Of a DNA stretch of 64,000 nt, positions 1-10,288 are shown piece by piece. Origin of the DNA: Candidatus Marinacidobacterales bacterium (lineage in GTDB: Bacteria > Acidobacteriota > Vicinamibacteria > Marinacidobacterales > SMYC01). The stretch spans positions 4,320,001 through 4,384,000 of the forward strand of contig OZ250169.1 in assembly GCA_965237955.1 (NCBI GenBank), read 5' to 3'. The translations under genes and the position numbers were made by a program. A model generated the notes under the pieces. It made no database searches and had not been told where the DNA came from. It saw only the letters and a program-made list of their open reading frames with translations. Positions within the stretch are counted from its first letter, which is position 1. Each line of letters opens with the position of its first letter.

Positions 1-65
1 AGGCGAGCGACCTCCAGGTGGTGAGGGCGGCGATGGATGCGCTGGCCCGCATCAAAGTCAGCTAG
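1..65 (+). CDS. 3' end of a gene entering the window (ASDLQVVRAAMDALARIKVS*), HEAT-repeat-like
   Basis: Open frame from nt 3 to TAG 63-65; VRxAAxxAL pattern resembles a HEAT repeat; only 20 codons visible. Confidence 0.35.
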   Translation, partial: ASDLQVVRAAMDALARIKVS

Positions 66-81
66 TCCGGCCTGTTTTTGT

Positions 82-165
82 AACGCAAAGACGCCAAGCC
101 GCAAAGAAGGGGATCGCGCCGAAGGCGCTTCACGTTGCGCCCTCGCGACCGTGCGCCTTTGCGTT
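82..165. repeat. REP-like imperfect palindrome between convergent genes (possible bidirectional terminator)
   Basis: AACGCAAAGACGC at 82 pairs with GCGCCTTTGCGTT ending at 165; CGCAAAG unit repeated. Confidence 0.55.
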
Positions 166-243
166 TGTTTTTCGCGAGTGGGGCGGAGGATTCACCATCC
201 GGTTTTAGAAGGCTGAAGACGACTGCAACGGACCGCGACCGCT

Positions 244-966
244 TCATGCGAGCATTGCCTTGCGTCGCTCGACGACGTCCGCCGAGAACCACGAATCGAG
301 GAACCCGCGCCGGGCTTCATCGCGCGTCGCCCGGATGCGCTCGAGCATGGGCGCCCGGAGCGCTAGCTTGGTGTGATGGAACGCGTGGCTAGGCTGGTCC
401 CCGAGCTCTCGAGCGGCTGCCATTGCTTCGTCGAGCAGTGTCTCCCCGGAAACGACACGATGGAGGATACCGGCGGTTTGCGCCTCACGGGGCGACAGAA
501 GCTTCGCACCGAGCAGAACCTCGGGAGTCGATGCTTTTGTCAATGCGTGGCGCATGATCTCGAACGCAGTCGCGGGGAAAACGATCCCGAGGCTGACATC
601 GGAAACGCCGAGCTTGTGACTGCCCTCGGCACCGATTCTGAGATCCGCGGCGCACGCGAGCACGCACCCACCCGCGATCGCGTGGCCGTTCACCGCGGCG
701 ACAACGGGCAGGGGAAACTGCAGGAGTGCGAGGTGCGCCTCTTCGAAGCTATCGACGAACGAGGCCATGCCGTCCCGGTCTTCCGGCAAGCTCTTGAGGT
801 TCAACCCCGCGGAGAAGAACTTGTCGTACCCGGTGAGAACGACGGCCTTCTTGTCGGCATCGACCGCCGCACGCAGACCTCTGGTGAGCGTCTCGAGAAG
901 TTTCTCGTCGATCGCGTTCGCGTTATCGCACTCGAGCCGAATTAAATGGACGTCGCTTGCGCTCAT
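244..966 (-). CDS. Enoyl-CoA hydratase/isomerase (crotonase) family protein
   Basis: Motifs FSAGLNL and PVVAAVNGHAIAGGCVLACAADLRI; start placed at MSASDVH (966), just after the upstream gene's stop. Confidence 0.9.
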   Translation of the reverse strand: MSASDVHLIRLECDNANAIDEKLLETLTRGLRAAVDADKKAVVLTGYDKFFSAGLNLKSLPEDRDGMASFVDSFEEAHLALLQFPLPVVAAVNGHAIAGGCVLACAADLRIGAEGSHKLGVSDVSLGIVFPATAFEIMRHALTKASTPEVLLGAKLLSPREAQTAGILHRVVSGETLLDEAMAAARELGDQPSHAFHHTKLALRAPMLERIRATRDEARRGFLDSWFSADVVERRKAMLA

Positions 967-973
967 GGAGTTT

Positions 974-1576
974 TCATTCGAGACGGTTGAGGGCATCGAG
1001 CAACGGCTCGTAGTCCTCACGTACCTTGTAGTTGTAGTTGACGTAGCGGAGGATGCCTTTTTTGTCGATGACGAACGTCGCCCGGCTCGCGTACTTCGAT
1101 CCGTTGATCTCGAGCGGTTTGACGCCGTAAGCGTCGATGACCTCGGCGTTTCTGTCGGACAAGAGCACCAGTCCTTTCATCTCTCCCGGCTTCGCGACCA
1201 CGCGCATGCCTTCCGATTGCTCGCCCACGCTTTTCAGCCAGTTCCACTGCGAGTAAGGAGTGTCGACACTGATGCCGAAGACTTGCGTATCTTCATCCAG
1301 AAACTTCTGGATGTCGTCCTTGTAGGACGAGAATTGGAGCGTTCACCCGCCGGTCCAATCGGCGACGTAGAAGGCGAGAACGATGTTCTTCTTGCCCAAC
1401 ACGTCGCTGAGAGATAGCTTCACCTCTCCGGGGTTTTCACCAGCCGAGGAGGGTAAGGGGTTCGGGAACTCGGGTGCCTTGTCACCGACTTCGAGTGACC
1501 CCTCGGCCGCGACCGCGGTCGCGACCAACAACACCCAAGCCATCAGCCAAGCGGCGATCCGGTTGCGCTGTCGCAT
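974..1576 (-). CDS. Peroxiredoxin (AhpC/TSA family) selenoprotein with N-terminal signal peptide; TGA 1343-1345 read as Sec
   Basis: ORFs 1343..1576 and 974..1228 share a frame with no other stop between them; joined motif FYVADWTGG-U-TLQ aligns with Prx FYPxDFTxxC; downstream VFGISVD and RATFVIDKKGILRY are Prx hallmarks. Confidence 0.88.
1295..1330 (-). promoter_or_regulatory. Candidate bacterial SECIS region: two tandem hairpins 3' of the UGA
   Basis: Minus strand TCGTCCT-ACA-AGGACGA (1330-1314) starts 12 nt after the UGA, followed by ATCCAGA-AGTT-TCTGGAT (1312-1295). Confidence 0.5.
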
Positions 1577-1608
1577 TTCTGATACCTCCGTTCGGAGGGG
1601 ACGATACG

Positions 1609-2955
1609 CTACCGGTCTTTGTTTCTCAAGCTCTTCTTTGTCCGGTCGATGTGTGCGAGCCTCTCCCGCATCCGCTTCTCGAAGCCCTCGTCGGTGGGCG
1701 TGTAGTAGCGCCTTGTGCGCAGACGCTCGGGAAGGCAGTCCATCCCGGCAACCTTCTCGTCGTTGTCATGCGCGTACTCGTAGTCCTTGCCGTAGCCCCA
1801 CGCTTTCATGTGATCGGTGACCGCGTTTCGCAAATGAAGCGGCACCGGCTCGGTGGCGTCCTCGAGCGCATCCTTCGCGGCGGCGGCGTACGCGCGATAG
1901 ACGGCGTTCGATTTCGGCGCCGCCGAGAGATACACGACGGCTTGAGCGAGGGCGAGCTTGCCTTCCGGAAGACCGATGAAATGGTAGGCCTCTTTCGCAG
2001 CGACGGTGTGCGCGAGCGCACCCGGCTCGGCGAGACCGACATCTTCCGAGGCAAAACGGACGAGCCGTCGCGCGATGTAGAGCGGATCTTCGCCGGCCTC
2101 GAGCATGCGAGCGAGCCAGTAGAGGCTCGCGTCGACGTCCGAGTTTCGGATCGACTTGTGAAGCGCGGAGATGATGTTGAAGTGCTCCTCGCCGCTCTTG
2201 TCGTATAGGAGAGCTTTTTTTTGGAGTGCGGTCTCGAGCTCGGCGATGCCGATGACACCACCGGGCGCGGACAAGGACGTGACCGCCTCGAGCACGTTGA
2301 GAACGAACCGCGCGTCGCCGTTCGCTTGCCGCGCCAGCCACTCGAGCGCCTCGTCGTCGACGCGCAGGCGTCCGCCGAGTCCGCGCTCGTCGTCCCCGAG
2401 CGTCCGCTGCATCAGGGTGACGAGCTCGACCGGTGTCAGTTGGCGAAGGATGACGACGCGGCAGCGCGATAGCAGCGCGGCGTTGACTTCGAACGACGGG
2501 TTCTCGGTGGTCGCGCCGATGAGGATCACGTTCCCGGACTCGACGTGAGGAAGGAACGCATCTTGTTGAGCTTTGTTGAAACGGTGGATTTCATCGACGA
2601 ACAAGAGCGTGCGGCGTCCGTAGACGTTTCGCTGATGCTCGGCCTCTTGCATGACCGTTTTGATCTCTTTGATGCCGGAAACGACGGCGCTGAAGGGGAC
2701 GAAGTGCGATCCACTACGATGCGCGATGATGCGAGCGAGGGTGGTCTTGCCGGAGCCCGGGGGACCCCACAGAATCAGCGAGCCGACGGCGTCTTTTTCG
2801 ATCGCGGCCGCGAGCGTTGTGTTCGGACCGGCGATCTCCTCCTGGCCGATGAGCTCGTCGAGATCGCGCGGCCGCACGCGCTCCGCGAGCGGGCACGTCT
2901 CGTCGATGGCCGCTTCCGGTCTCGGGGGTCTAGAGAAGAGATTTCTCTGGTCCAT
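1609..2955 (-). CDS. rarA: Replication-associated recombination protein A (AAA+ ATPase, MgsA)
   Basis: PLAERVRP, WGPPGSGKTT, DEIHRFNKAQQD, GATTENPSF, ISALHKSIR, PVPLHLRNA. Confidence 0.96.
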   Translation of the reverse strand: MDQRNLFSRPPRPEAAIDETCPLAERVRPRDLDELIGQEEIAGPNTTLAAAIEKDAVGSLILWGPPGSGKTTLARIIAHRSGSHFVPFSAVVSGIKEIKTVMQEAEHQRNVYGRRTLLFVDEIHRFNKAQQDAFLPHVESGNVILIGATTENPSFEVNAALLSRCRVVILRQLTPVELVTLMQRTLGDDERGLGGRLRVDDEALEWLARQANGDARFVLNVLEAVTSLSAPGGVIGIAELETALQKKALLYDKSGEEHFNIISALHKSIRNSDVDASLYWLARMLEAGEDPLYIARRLVRFASEDVGLAEPGALAHTVAAKEAYHFIGLPEGKLALAQAVVYLSAAPKSNAVYRAYAAAAKDALEDATEPVPLHLRNAVTDHMKAWGYGKDYEYAHDNDEKVAGMDCLPERLRTRRYYTPTDEGFEKRMRERLAHIDRTKKSLRNKDR

Positions 2956-2973
2956 GCGCAGAGTATATGCGCA

Positions 2974-3711
2974 CTAGCTCTCGCGTCGAGTCGCCTCGTA
3001 GAGTACGAGCGCTGCGGCGGTGGCGACGTTGAGAGACTCCACCTTGCCTTGCATGGGGATGCTCACGTTCGCATCGCAACGCGCCAACATCTCGTCGTCG
3101 ATCCCCGCGCTTTCACCGCCGAGAACGACGGCGCACGGTGAAGCCCAGTCCATCTCGCGATAATCGCTGCCGCCACGCGGCACGAGCGCGATGTTCCGAA
3201 ACGCGTCGAGCTCGCTCATGTCAGAGATCTCGCACACCGGTACACGGAGGACGCTCCCCATGGAGCCGCGCACGGCTTTCGGGCCAAAAGGATCCGTCGA
3301 GCCTTTCAGGACTACGAGCCCGGCGGCGCCGGTCGCCTCGACCACGCGCGCGAGAGCGCCGAGGTTGCCGGGATCCTGGATCCCGGCGGCAACGGCGATG
3401 AGCCCCGACCGCGGAGCCTCGGGTGACGGTCTACGGGCGATCGCTAGGATCCCATCGGGGGATTCGAGCGTCGACACGTTGCGAAACAACGCTTCGTTGA
3501 GCTCGACGAGCTCGAGCGTAGGAGCGTTTGGGGGTGGCGTGCCACGGTACGCGCTTGACACGACGATCGTTTCGACCTCGGTACCACTTGCGAGCGCGGC
3601 GTCGACGAGTTTTTTCCCCTCGAGCAGAAACTGCACCTCACGCTTGCGCGGGTGAGCGAGCCGGCGCAGAGTTTTGACGAGCGGGTTGGTCGGTGACTCG
3701 ATACGTCTCAT
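2974..3711 (-). CDS. TrmH/SpoU family RNA methyltransferase
   Basis: IQDPGNLGA, LGGESAG, IPMQGKVESLNVATAA; start placed at MRRIESPTN. Confidence 0.93.
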   Translation of the reverse strand: MRRIESPTNPLVKTLRRLAHPRKREVQFLLEGKKLVDAALASGTEVETIVVSSAYRGTPPPNAPTLELVELNEALFRNVSTLESPDGILAIARRPSPEAPRSGLIAVAAGIQDPGNLGALARVVEATGAAGLVVLKGSTDPFGPKAVRGSMGSVLRVPVCEISDMSELDAFRNIALVPRGGSDYREMDWASPCAVVLGGESAGIDDEMLARCDANVSIPMQGKVESLNVATAAALVLYEATRRES

Positions 3712-3759
3712 TAATCTCTTGCGCAAGCAGAAGTGCGTTCGCTATCATGCCAAAAAGTC

Positions 3760-4233
3760 ATGACCCAGGAAATCACCAAAAAGCTGAAGGACGAGATCAA
3801 AGCACTCGAGGAAGAGCTTCGCGTCGAGCTTCCCAGAGCGCTCAAAGTGGCGCGCGAGCACGGGGACTTGTCGGAGAACGCCGACTACGATGCCGCCAAA
3901 GAGCGGCAAGGGTTCGTGAACGCCCGTCTCGGGCAGCTGAAAAAGCGTCTCGCCGAGCTGTCGATGGTCAACTTCGACAACATCCCGCACGGCAAAGTGT
4001 CGTTCGGCTCAACGATCACGCTCTACGATCTCGAAAAAGAAGACGAGGTCGTTTACAAGCTAGTGATGAGCGAAGATGCGGATGTCGCCAAAGGTTTGAT
4101 TTCCACGACGTCACCCATCGGACGCGCGCTCATGGGAAAAGAAGAAGGCGACGAGGTCGACGTCCAGACGCCGGGCGGCGTCAAGAATTTCGAGATCACC
4201 AAGCTCGTCACGATCCACGACGCGACTGATTAA
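3760..4233 (+). CDS. greA: Transcription elongation factor GreA
   Basis: AREHGDLSENADYDAAKERQ; ISTTSPIGRALMGK. Confidence 0.95.
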   Translation: MTQEITKKLKDEIKALEEELRVELPRALKVAREHGDLSENADYDAAKERQGFVNARLGQLKKRLAELSMVNFDNIPHGKVSFGSTITLYDLEKEDEVVYKLVMSEDADVAKGLISTTSPIGRALMGKEEGDEVDVQTPGGVKNFEITKLVTIHDATD

Positions 4234-6122
4234 CGCCTAACGGCCCTAGGGAGCTCGTAGACCCGTCCTTCGTCGAACGAGGCGACGAGTAGAAAGCCCA
4301 AGCTCTCCGTGAGCGCTTCGGCTCTTTGAATCAGCGCCTCCCATTCGCGATCGGTGTAGCCGTTTCGGTGGAACACCGCGAAACGCACGCCGAGCTTCTC
4401 GAGCTCAGCGAGCCCGTCGTCATCGGGAAAGCGCGCCAAGCGCTGGAACAATCGCTCGTGGGATTGCGGTGTGAAACCGCTGTAGCCGTTTACCAGCGGC
4501 GCGAAGTGCGCGAGCGAGTACAACATATAGGTCGAGTGTGTCCTCGCCGACGCGACGTCGTCACGCGGATCCGGAATCGGAAGGACGACGATCGGATCCG
4601 ATGTGGAGCTATCCGCGAGCCACTGGTCCATGGGCGACGTCGTTACTTCGTAGTGGGTCGTCTCGAGCGGAAACGCGGCGAACTCAACTAGAAGGAGGAC
4701 AACGAGTAAAACGATCGTAGGCGCGATTCGCTTCCGTTTCGAGACAACGAGCTCGGCGCCGAAACCTGCGAGCACCGAGAGCGCGAGCACCGTGAGGAGC
4801 GTCAACCGCGATGGCACGCGGATGAAGTCGAATCCGGGGACCACCCGGTATAGGGCCGTATAGAGACTCGCGGGTGGACCGAGCGACGCCCACAACGAGA
4901 ACGCGCCCAGCCAAAAATAGAAACCGGCGGCAACGCCGATACGACGCTCCGTCCATGTCTTCCACCGCGCCCGATAACCTTTGGCAAAAGGCGCGCGACG
5001 ATAGATTAGAAACCGCACGGCGAGAAGCACGATCGTGAGAACGAGAGCTCGCTCGCCGCCGCTAGCTGAAAACCCACCGATTCGGACGCCCCCGGCCAAC
5101 TCGATTCCGATCGCCATGAGCGCGAGCGCGAGGATGATCAGATCCAGGAGCGGTCCCGCCGGCGGCGCTCTCGTCCCGTTTCTCGCGGGGACGAACGCGA
5201 ACATCGCGAGCACGAGCGGAAGGAGCCCGGGAAAGAGGTACGCTTTTGCTTCGCGGCGGACGCGGTCTTCCCAGCCGAGAACGCGGAGCACCCAGCGATC
5301 GACATGGGTCGGGGACGCGATGAAGCTCTCGGCGTTCGGAGACCACACGATCGCCTCTTGCAAGCTGCGTTCGAGCCCGAGCTCTCGCTGGACTGTCAGG
5401 TACGGCAGCACGAACGGGATGTTGAGAGCGAGCACGAGAAGCGTCGTCCCGGCGAAGTCGACCGAGAGCCGGCTTCCGGGTTTCACCTCACCGAGGACGA
5501 GTTGGTAGAGCCCGAGTGCTAAGGCGGCGAGCGCGAGAAAGAGACCGCTCTGACCGCCGGACCATGCCTGCACTGTGAAAAACAGGCCAGCGCCGACGAG
5601 GTGGCGTGTCGTTCCTCCACGCGCGTAGCGATGGAGGAGCGCGAGACAAAACGGGATCCATTGCACCGTCGCCAAGTGAAGCTGCCCGAGTCGAAAAAAC
5701 CGCGGCGGTGTGAGCGTGAAGACGATCCCGCAAACGAGCGCGCCGAACCAGCCGAGCCCGAGCTCGCGCCCGAGAAAAAACGCGCCGATCCCGGAAAGCG
5801 CGCACGAAAGCAAAACCACGAGGTTCATCGCCAGCAGTGGATTGCCACCCGCGGCGATCACCGGTGCTGCGAAAAGCGCGCTACCGATCTGATGCTCCGA
5901 GTAGGCGAGCGTTCTCGACTCAGGATAGAAGATATTGGCGTCGAATATCGCGAGCGGTTGCCGTACCAACGCGTGCACGTCCCATACGAGAGTCCACAAG
6001 AACAGCCGCGTGTCCGGACCGAGGTCGAGCGCTTCCGTGGCCGGGTGGAGGCTGAGCGGCAGCGCGAAGACCGACGTCAGGACAAAGAAGACGAGAGCGA
6101 TGGCGAGAAGGCGAGCGAGCAT
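4230..6122 (-). CDS. Multi-pass membrane protein, YfhO-like / GT-C-fold glycosyltransferase-like
   Basis: Many TM segments; FDANIFYP..TLAYSEH, IRVPSR, PLVNGYSGF motifs. Confidence 0.7.
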   Translation of the reverse strand: MLARLLAIALVFFVLTSVFALPLSLHPATEALDLGPDTRLFLWTLVWDVHALVRQPLAIFDANIFYPESRTLAYSEHQIGSALFAAPVIAAGGNPLLAMNLVVLLSCALSGIGAFFLGRELGLGWFGALVCGIVFTLTPPRFFRLGQLHLATVQWIPFCLALLHRYARGGTTRHLVGAGLFFTVQAWSGGQSGLFLALAALALGLYQLVLGEVKPGSRLSVDFAGTTLLVLALNIPFVLPYLTVQRELGLERSLQEAIVWSPNAESFIASPTHVDRWVLRVLGWEDRVRREAKAYLFPGLLPLVLAMFAFVPARNGTRAPPAGPLLDLIILALALMAIGIELAGGVRIGGFSASGGERALVLTIVLLAVRFLIYRRAPFAKGYRARWKTWTERRIGVAAGFYFWLGAFSLWASLGPPASLYTALYRVVPGFDFIRVPSRLTLLTVLALSVLAGFGAELVVSKRKRIAPTIVLLVVLLLVEFAAFPLETTHYEVTTSPMDQWLADSSTSDPIVVLPIPDPRDDVASARTHSTYMLYSLAHFAPLVNGYSGFTPQSHERLFQRLARFPDDDGLAELEKLGVRFAVFHRNGYTDREWEALIQRAEALTESLGFLLVASFDEGRVYELPRAVRR

Positions 6123-6254
6123 GGAATCCGAGCGACACTAGCACGAGTGTCACGGACCGCGCCAGGTTGCTCTAACAGTATGTTCTGGATGGACTTAAGC
6201 GTTTCGCTGCCTTGACAGCCGTTCACCCCGAAGGCTATAATTCCGAGATAAAGC

Positions 6255-7559
6255 ATGCGACTATCTCGCCTACTATCAACCGCTTCTGTCGGTCTTGCCG
6301 TGATGGTGGGTTTCCCGCTTTCCGCGCTCGCGGCACCGATTTACAAAGTCGTTTTGAACGACGTCATCCACGGGGTGACCGCGGGACACGTCATCGACAC
6401 CATCGACGCGGCCGCCGAAGATGACGCCGAGCTGGTTCTCATCGAGCTCGAGACTCCGGGCGGCCTCCTGGTGTCGACGCGCGACATGATCGAGGCGATT
6501 CTCGGAAGCGAGCGACCCGTGGTCGTGTACGTTGCTCCGGCTGGAGCGCGGGCGGCTTCGGCCGGTTTCTTGATCATGATCTCGGCCGACGTTGCCGTCA
6601 TGGCGCCGGGCACGAACACCGGGGCGGCCACACCCGTGTCCGGAATCGGCCCGGAGCTCGAGGGCACGATGCAGAAGAAAGTGATCTCGGACGCGGCCGC
6701 CTACACCCGATCGATTGCCGAGAGACGGGGTCGCAATCCGGAGACGGCAGAAAAGGCGGTGACGGAAACGCTTTCGTGGACCGCGACCGAGGCAAAAGAA
6801 GCCGGGCTCATCGACTACATCGTGGAGAGCGAGGAAGAGCTTCTCGACATCCTCGACGGGATGACCATCGAGCGCGCCGGCGGTGACATCGTCCTCGCGA
6901 CCGCCGGTCAGGAAGTCGTCGTTCGCGAGATGACGCGCAAGCAAAAGATTCTGTCGTTCATCGCCAACCCGAACATCGCCGTCTTGCTCGGTATGATCGG
7001 CCTCGCCGGTCTCTACCTCGAGTTCTCGAATCCCGGAAGCTTCGTTCCCGGAATTCTCGGCGGCATCGCGATTCTCCTCGCCGCGTTCGCGTTCGAGATC
7101 CTTCCGGTGAACATCGTCGGCGTCATTTTGCTCGTCGCCGGCTTCGGGCTTCTGATAATAGAAGCGTTCACGCCGTCGTTCGGCGTGATGGGTGCCGGTG
7201 GGGTCATCGCGATCGTTCTCGGTGCGCTGTTTCTATTCGAAGAGCAACCGCTACCGACACCTGCTCTGCAGGTCAGCCTGGGGATGATTCTACCGGTGGC
7301 GATTCTTCTCGGGCTCATCGTCGTTTTCGTGGGCCGCAAGATCGTCGAGGCCCAGCGGCGGCCTCCGCTCACCGGCAACGAAAGCCTCGTCGGCCGTTTC
7401 GCGACGACGAGGACCGTAATCGACGGTGAGGGCAAAGTTTTCATTCATGGCGAATACTGGGATGCTCGCTCGGCCGAATCGATCGACGAAGGCGAGCGCG
7501 TCAAAGTCGTCGCTGTCGACGGCCTGATGCTTCAAGTCGAGCGCGTACCCGAATCCTAA
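6255..7559 (+). CDS. nfeD: NfeD family membrane-bound serine protease (ClpP class)
   Basis: Signal peptide, LETPGG, ARAASAG, MAPGTNTGAATPV, TM block, C-terminal OB domain (GKVFIHGEYWDA); next to an SPFH gene. Confidence 0.93.
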   Translation: MRLSRLLSTASVGLAVMVGFPLSALAAPIYKVVLNDVIHGVTAGHVIDTIDAAAEDDAELVLIELETPGGLLVSTRDMIEAILGSERPVVVYVAPAGARAASAGFLIMISADVAVMAPGTNTGAATPVSGIGPELEGTMQKKVISDAAAYTRSIAERRGRNPETAEKAVTETLSWTATEAKEAGLIDYIVESEEELLDILDGMTIERAGGDIVLATAGQEVVVREMTRKQKILSFIANPNIAVLLGMIGLAGLYLEFSNPGSFVPGILGGIAILLAAFAFEILPVNIVGVILLVAGFGLLIIEAFTPSFGVMGAGGVIAIVLGALFLFEEQPLPTPALQVSLGMILPVAILLGLIVVFVGRKIVEAQRRPPLTGNESLVGRFATTRTVIDGEGKVFIHGEYWDARSAESIDEGERVKVVAVDGLMLQVERVPES

Positions 7560-7586
7560 TCCTAATCCTAATCAAAGGGAGTCATT

Positions 7587-8369
7587 ATGCTTGGACTACC
7601 AATCGGAATCCTTGCTGGCCTGATTTTTGGCGCAGTTTTTCTGCTCAACTGGCTCAAAGTTCTCAATGAGTACGAACGGGGCGTCGTGTTCCGTTTGGGT
7701 AATTTGCTCCCGATGCCGAAGGGACCGGGACTGGTGATAGTGTTCGCGCCCATCGACCGCATGGTGAAGGTGAGTCTCCGCCTCGTTGCGCTCGACGTGC
7801 CGCCGCAGGACGTCATCACCAAGGACAACGTGACGGTGAAAGTCAACGCTGTCGTCTTCTTTCGCGTGGTCGATCCCATCAAGGCGATCGTCGAAGTCGA
7901 AAGCTTCCTCCATGCGACGTCGCAGCTCGCACAGACGACGCTCAGGAGCGTCCTCGGTCAAGCGGAGCTCGACGATCTTCTCGCCGAGCGCGACCGCCTG
8001 AACTTGCAGCTCCAGGACATACTCGACAAACACACCGATCCTTGGGGTATCAAAGTCACTTCGGTCGAGGTCAAACACGTCGACCTTCCGAGCGAGATGC
8101 AGCGCGCCATCGCCAAACAGGCGGAAGCCGAGCGCGAGAAGCGCGCCAAAGTGATCCACGCCGAAGGTGAGCTGCTCGCATCAGAACAGCTCTCCGAGGC
8201 CGCGGCAATCGTCGGCAGGCATCCTCTGGGCGTGCAGCTTCGCTACCTCCAGACGCTCACCGAGATCGCGACCGAGAAAAACTCTACTATCATCTTTCCA
8301 CTGCCGATTGAGCTCGTCGAGCCCTTCCTCGGCGGATTCAGGGAGTGGAAGAAGAAGCAGGGCTCGTAA
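7587..8369 (+). CDS. SPFH/stomatin (slipin) family protein
   Basis: [42 protein letters not shown]. Confidence 0.95.
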   Translation: MLGLPIGILAGLIFGAVFLLNWLKVLNEYERGVVFRLGNLLPMPKGPGLVIVFAPIDRMVKVSLRLVALDVPPQDVITKDNVTVKVNAVVFFRVVDPIKAIVEVESFLHATSQLAQTTLRSVLGQAELDDLLAERDRLNLQLQDILDKHTDPWGIKVTSVEVKHVDLPSEMQRAIAKQAEAEREKRAKVIHAEGELLASEQLSEAAAIVGRHPLGVQLRYLQTLTEIATEKNSTIIFPLPIELVEPFLGGFREWKKKQGS

Positions 8370-8403
8370 CCGCAGAAACAGCGGCACTGTCAAAGGAGCG
8401 TTC

Positions 8404-9522
8404 ATGACCATGGAAAGTGAAGACCTGACTATCCGTGGCTCTTTGTCCAAGTCGAGCCTGCCCGAGCTGCTCGCTTCCATCAGCCGGAGCAAAGAGACGG
8501 GGATCTTCAACTTCCATGATGCGGGGCGGTGGAAGGCGATCTATTTCAAAGAGGGCCGCATCATATATGCGATGTCGAACGCGCAGGACGATCGCCTTGG
8601 CGAGTTCCTGCTCAAGACCGCCAAGATCACGGTGCGTCAATTTCTCGAAGCGAGCAAGATGATCCAGCCGGACAAAAAGCTCGGCGCGGTTCTGGTGGAG
8701 CAGCGCATCATCACCCCGGACGATCTGTTCGTCGCCATCCACCGGCACGCCGAGGCCATTGTCTACAGCCTGTTCGATTGGACCCGCGGAGAGTACGAGT
8801 TCGTCATCAAGGACCTCACCGCGGAAGGTCCGATGGTGCTCGATTTGGACTCCGAGAACGTCATCCTCGAAGGGATTCGACGGCTCATGGACTTCACCCG
8901 TATCTACGCGGGAGTGGGGCCGCTCGAGACGGTGCTGCGGCCGTCGGACAACGCCGACAGCCTCACCCATAAGCTGAATCTCGACGAGGACGAATCGCAG
9001 GTCCTGTCGCTCGTCAACGGACGGCTCAACGTCGAGCAGATCCTGGCGATGAGCTATTTGCCGAACTTCGAGACACTGCGCATCCTCTTCGGCCTCCTCT
9101 CGGGCGGAGTTCTCGAGCGCGGCGGCTCGGAGGAAGCCGAAAAGCGCGGCATCGAGCTCGAATACGAGCTCCAGGAAGTCGTGGAGCACTATAACGGAAA
9201 CTTCGAAAGAGTGTGCGGTTTCCTGCGCGAGAAGCTCGATGATGACGAGGCGATCCAGTTCACCGACCGCGTCATGGGGGAAGTGGCGAAGCAGTTTCTG
9301 CTCCTCTTCGAAAGCGTCGAGCTCGGTAGTGCGGGGCGCGTGGATTTCGACCAGCTGCTCCAGAACCTCGGCGACAAGCCTCACGAGGCCAAGAAAGCCG
9401 TCCTCGTCGACGGTCTGAACGAGCTTACTTATGCGTTGTTGCTCCAGATCGGGCGCGAGCTCGGCAAGAGCGAGCAGGAGACGGTGGCAACGAGCATTCT
9501 CAGCCAGACACAACCTGGATGA
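8404..9522 (+). CDS. DUF4388 (PatA-N-like) domain protein
   Basis: GSLSKSSLPELL..ETG..IYFKEGRIIYA..DRLGEFL, LFDWTRGEYEF; AAAGGAG RBS before ATG 8404. Confidence 0.8.
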   Translation: MTMESEDLTIRGSLSKSSLPELLASISRSKETGIFNFHDAGRWKAIYFKEGRIIYAMSNAQDDRLGEFLLKTAKITVRQFLEASKMIQPDKKLGAVLVEQRIITPDDLFVAIHRHAEAIVYSLFDWTRGEYEFVIKDLTAEGPMVLDLDSENVILEGIRRLMDFTRIYAGVGPLETVLRPSDNADSLTHKLNLDEDESQVLSLVNGRLNVEQILAMSYLPNFETLRILFGLLSGGVLERGGSEEAEKRGIELEYELQEVVEHYNGNFERVCGFLREKLDDDEAIQFTDRVMGEVAKQFLLLFESVELGSAGRVDFDQLLQNLGDKPHEAKKAVLVDGLNELTYALLLQIGRELGKSEQETVATSILSQTQPG

Positions 9523-9643
9523 GAAGACAGCTTCCAGTCGCTGGGAGCTGCATGAAACTTGAAATCCCACGCTCACTGTGGGTTACAATACGTTATTCTG
9601 AGACAACCTAAACTTCTCTGGGGTTACAAAGGAGTGATGGGAG

Positions 9644-10264
9644 ATGGCCGAGTACGATGACGGGGCCTACTATGAGGTCCAGCTGAACAATAAGCAGCTG
9701 GTCTTCTTCTTCATGGCGACCCTAGCCATTGCTGTAGTTGTTTTCCTCTGCGGTGTCATGGTCGGTCGCGGCGTTCACGACGCGACGCTCGCAGCGGATC
9801 AGAACGACATCGCGGCGATGAGCCTCAGAACCAACACGACGGAAGCGCAACCGATGCCGGTCGCGAACAAGCCCAATTTGGACTACACCAAGCGGCTCGA
9901 GAGCGACAAGGAGCAGCACAGGCTCGAACCGGTGCAGTCGGTGAAATCCGAAAGCCCAGAGACCGTGGCCCGTGTCACCAGCCGGTCCAAAGCACCACCG
10001 CCGCCGCCAAAACCGCGGGCGACGACTCTCGGCAAGAGCGAAGGTGCGTTCACGATTCAGGTGGTTGCGCTCAAAACGGAAGACGCGGCTCAGTCGCTCC
10101 TGAACCGACTCAAGCAGAAGAACTATCGGGCTTATCTTGAGGATGGCGGTGAAGCTGGGCTTCACCGCGTTCGGGTGGGCCGGTTCTCGACCCGAGCCGA
10201 AGCCAAAAAAGTCGCGCAAAAACTACAGGACGAGGAGAGGTTCAAGCCCTACATCACCCAATAG
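9644..10264 (+). CDS. SPOR domain cell division protein (DedD/FtsN-like)
   Basis: N-terminal TM, Pro-rich linker, C-terminal FTIQVVAL...HRVRVGRF. Confidence 0.88.
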   Translation: MAEYDDGAYYEVQLNNKQLVFFFMATLAIAVVVFLCGVMVGRGVHDATLAADQNDIAAMSLRTNTTEAQPMPVANKPNLDYTKRLESDKEQHRLEPVQSVKSESPETVARVTSRSKAPPPPPKPRATTLGKSEGAFTIQVVALKTEDAAQSLLNRLKQKNYRAYLEDGGEAGLHRVRVGRFSTRAEAKKVAQKLQDEERFKPYITQ

Positions 10265-10288
10265 CCAAACTTGGAGCGAGCAATAACG

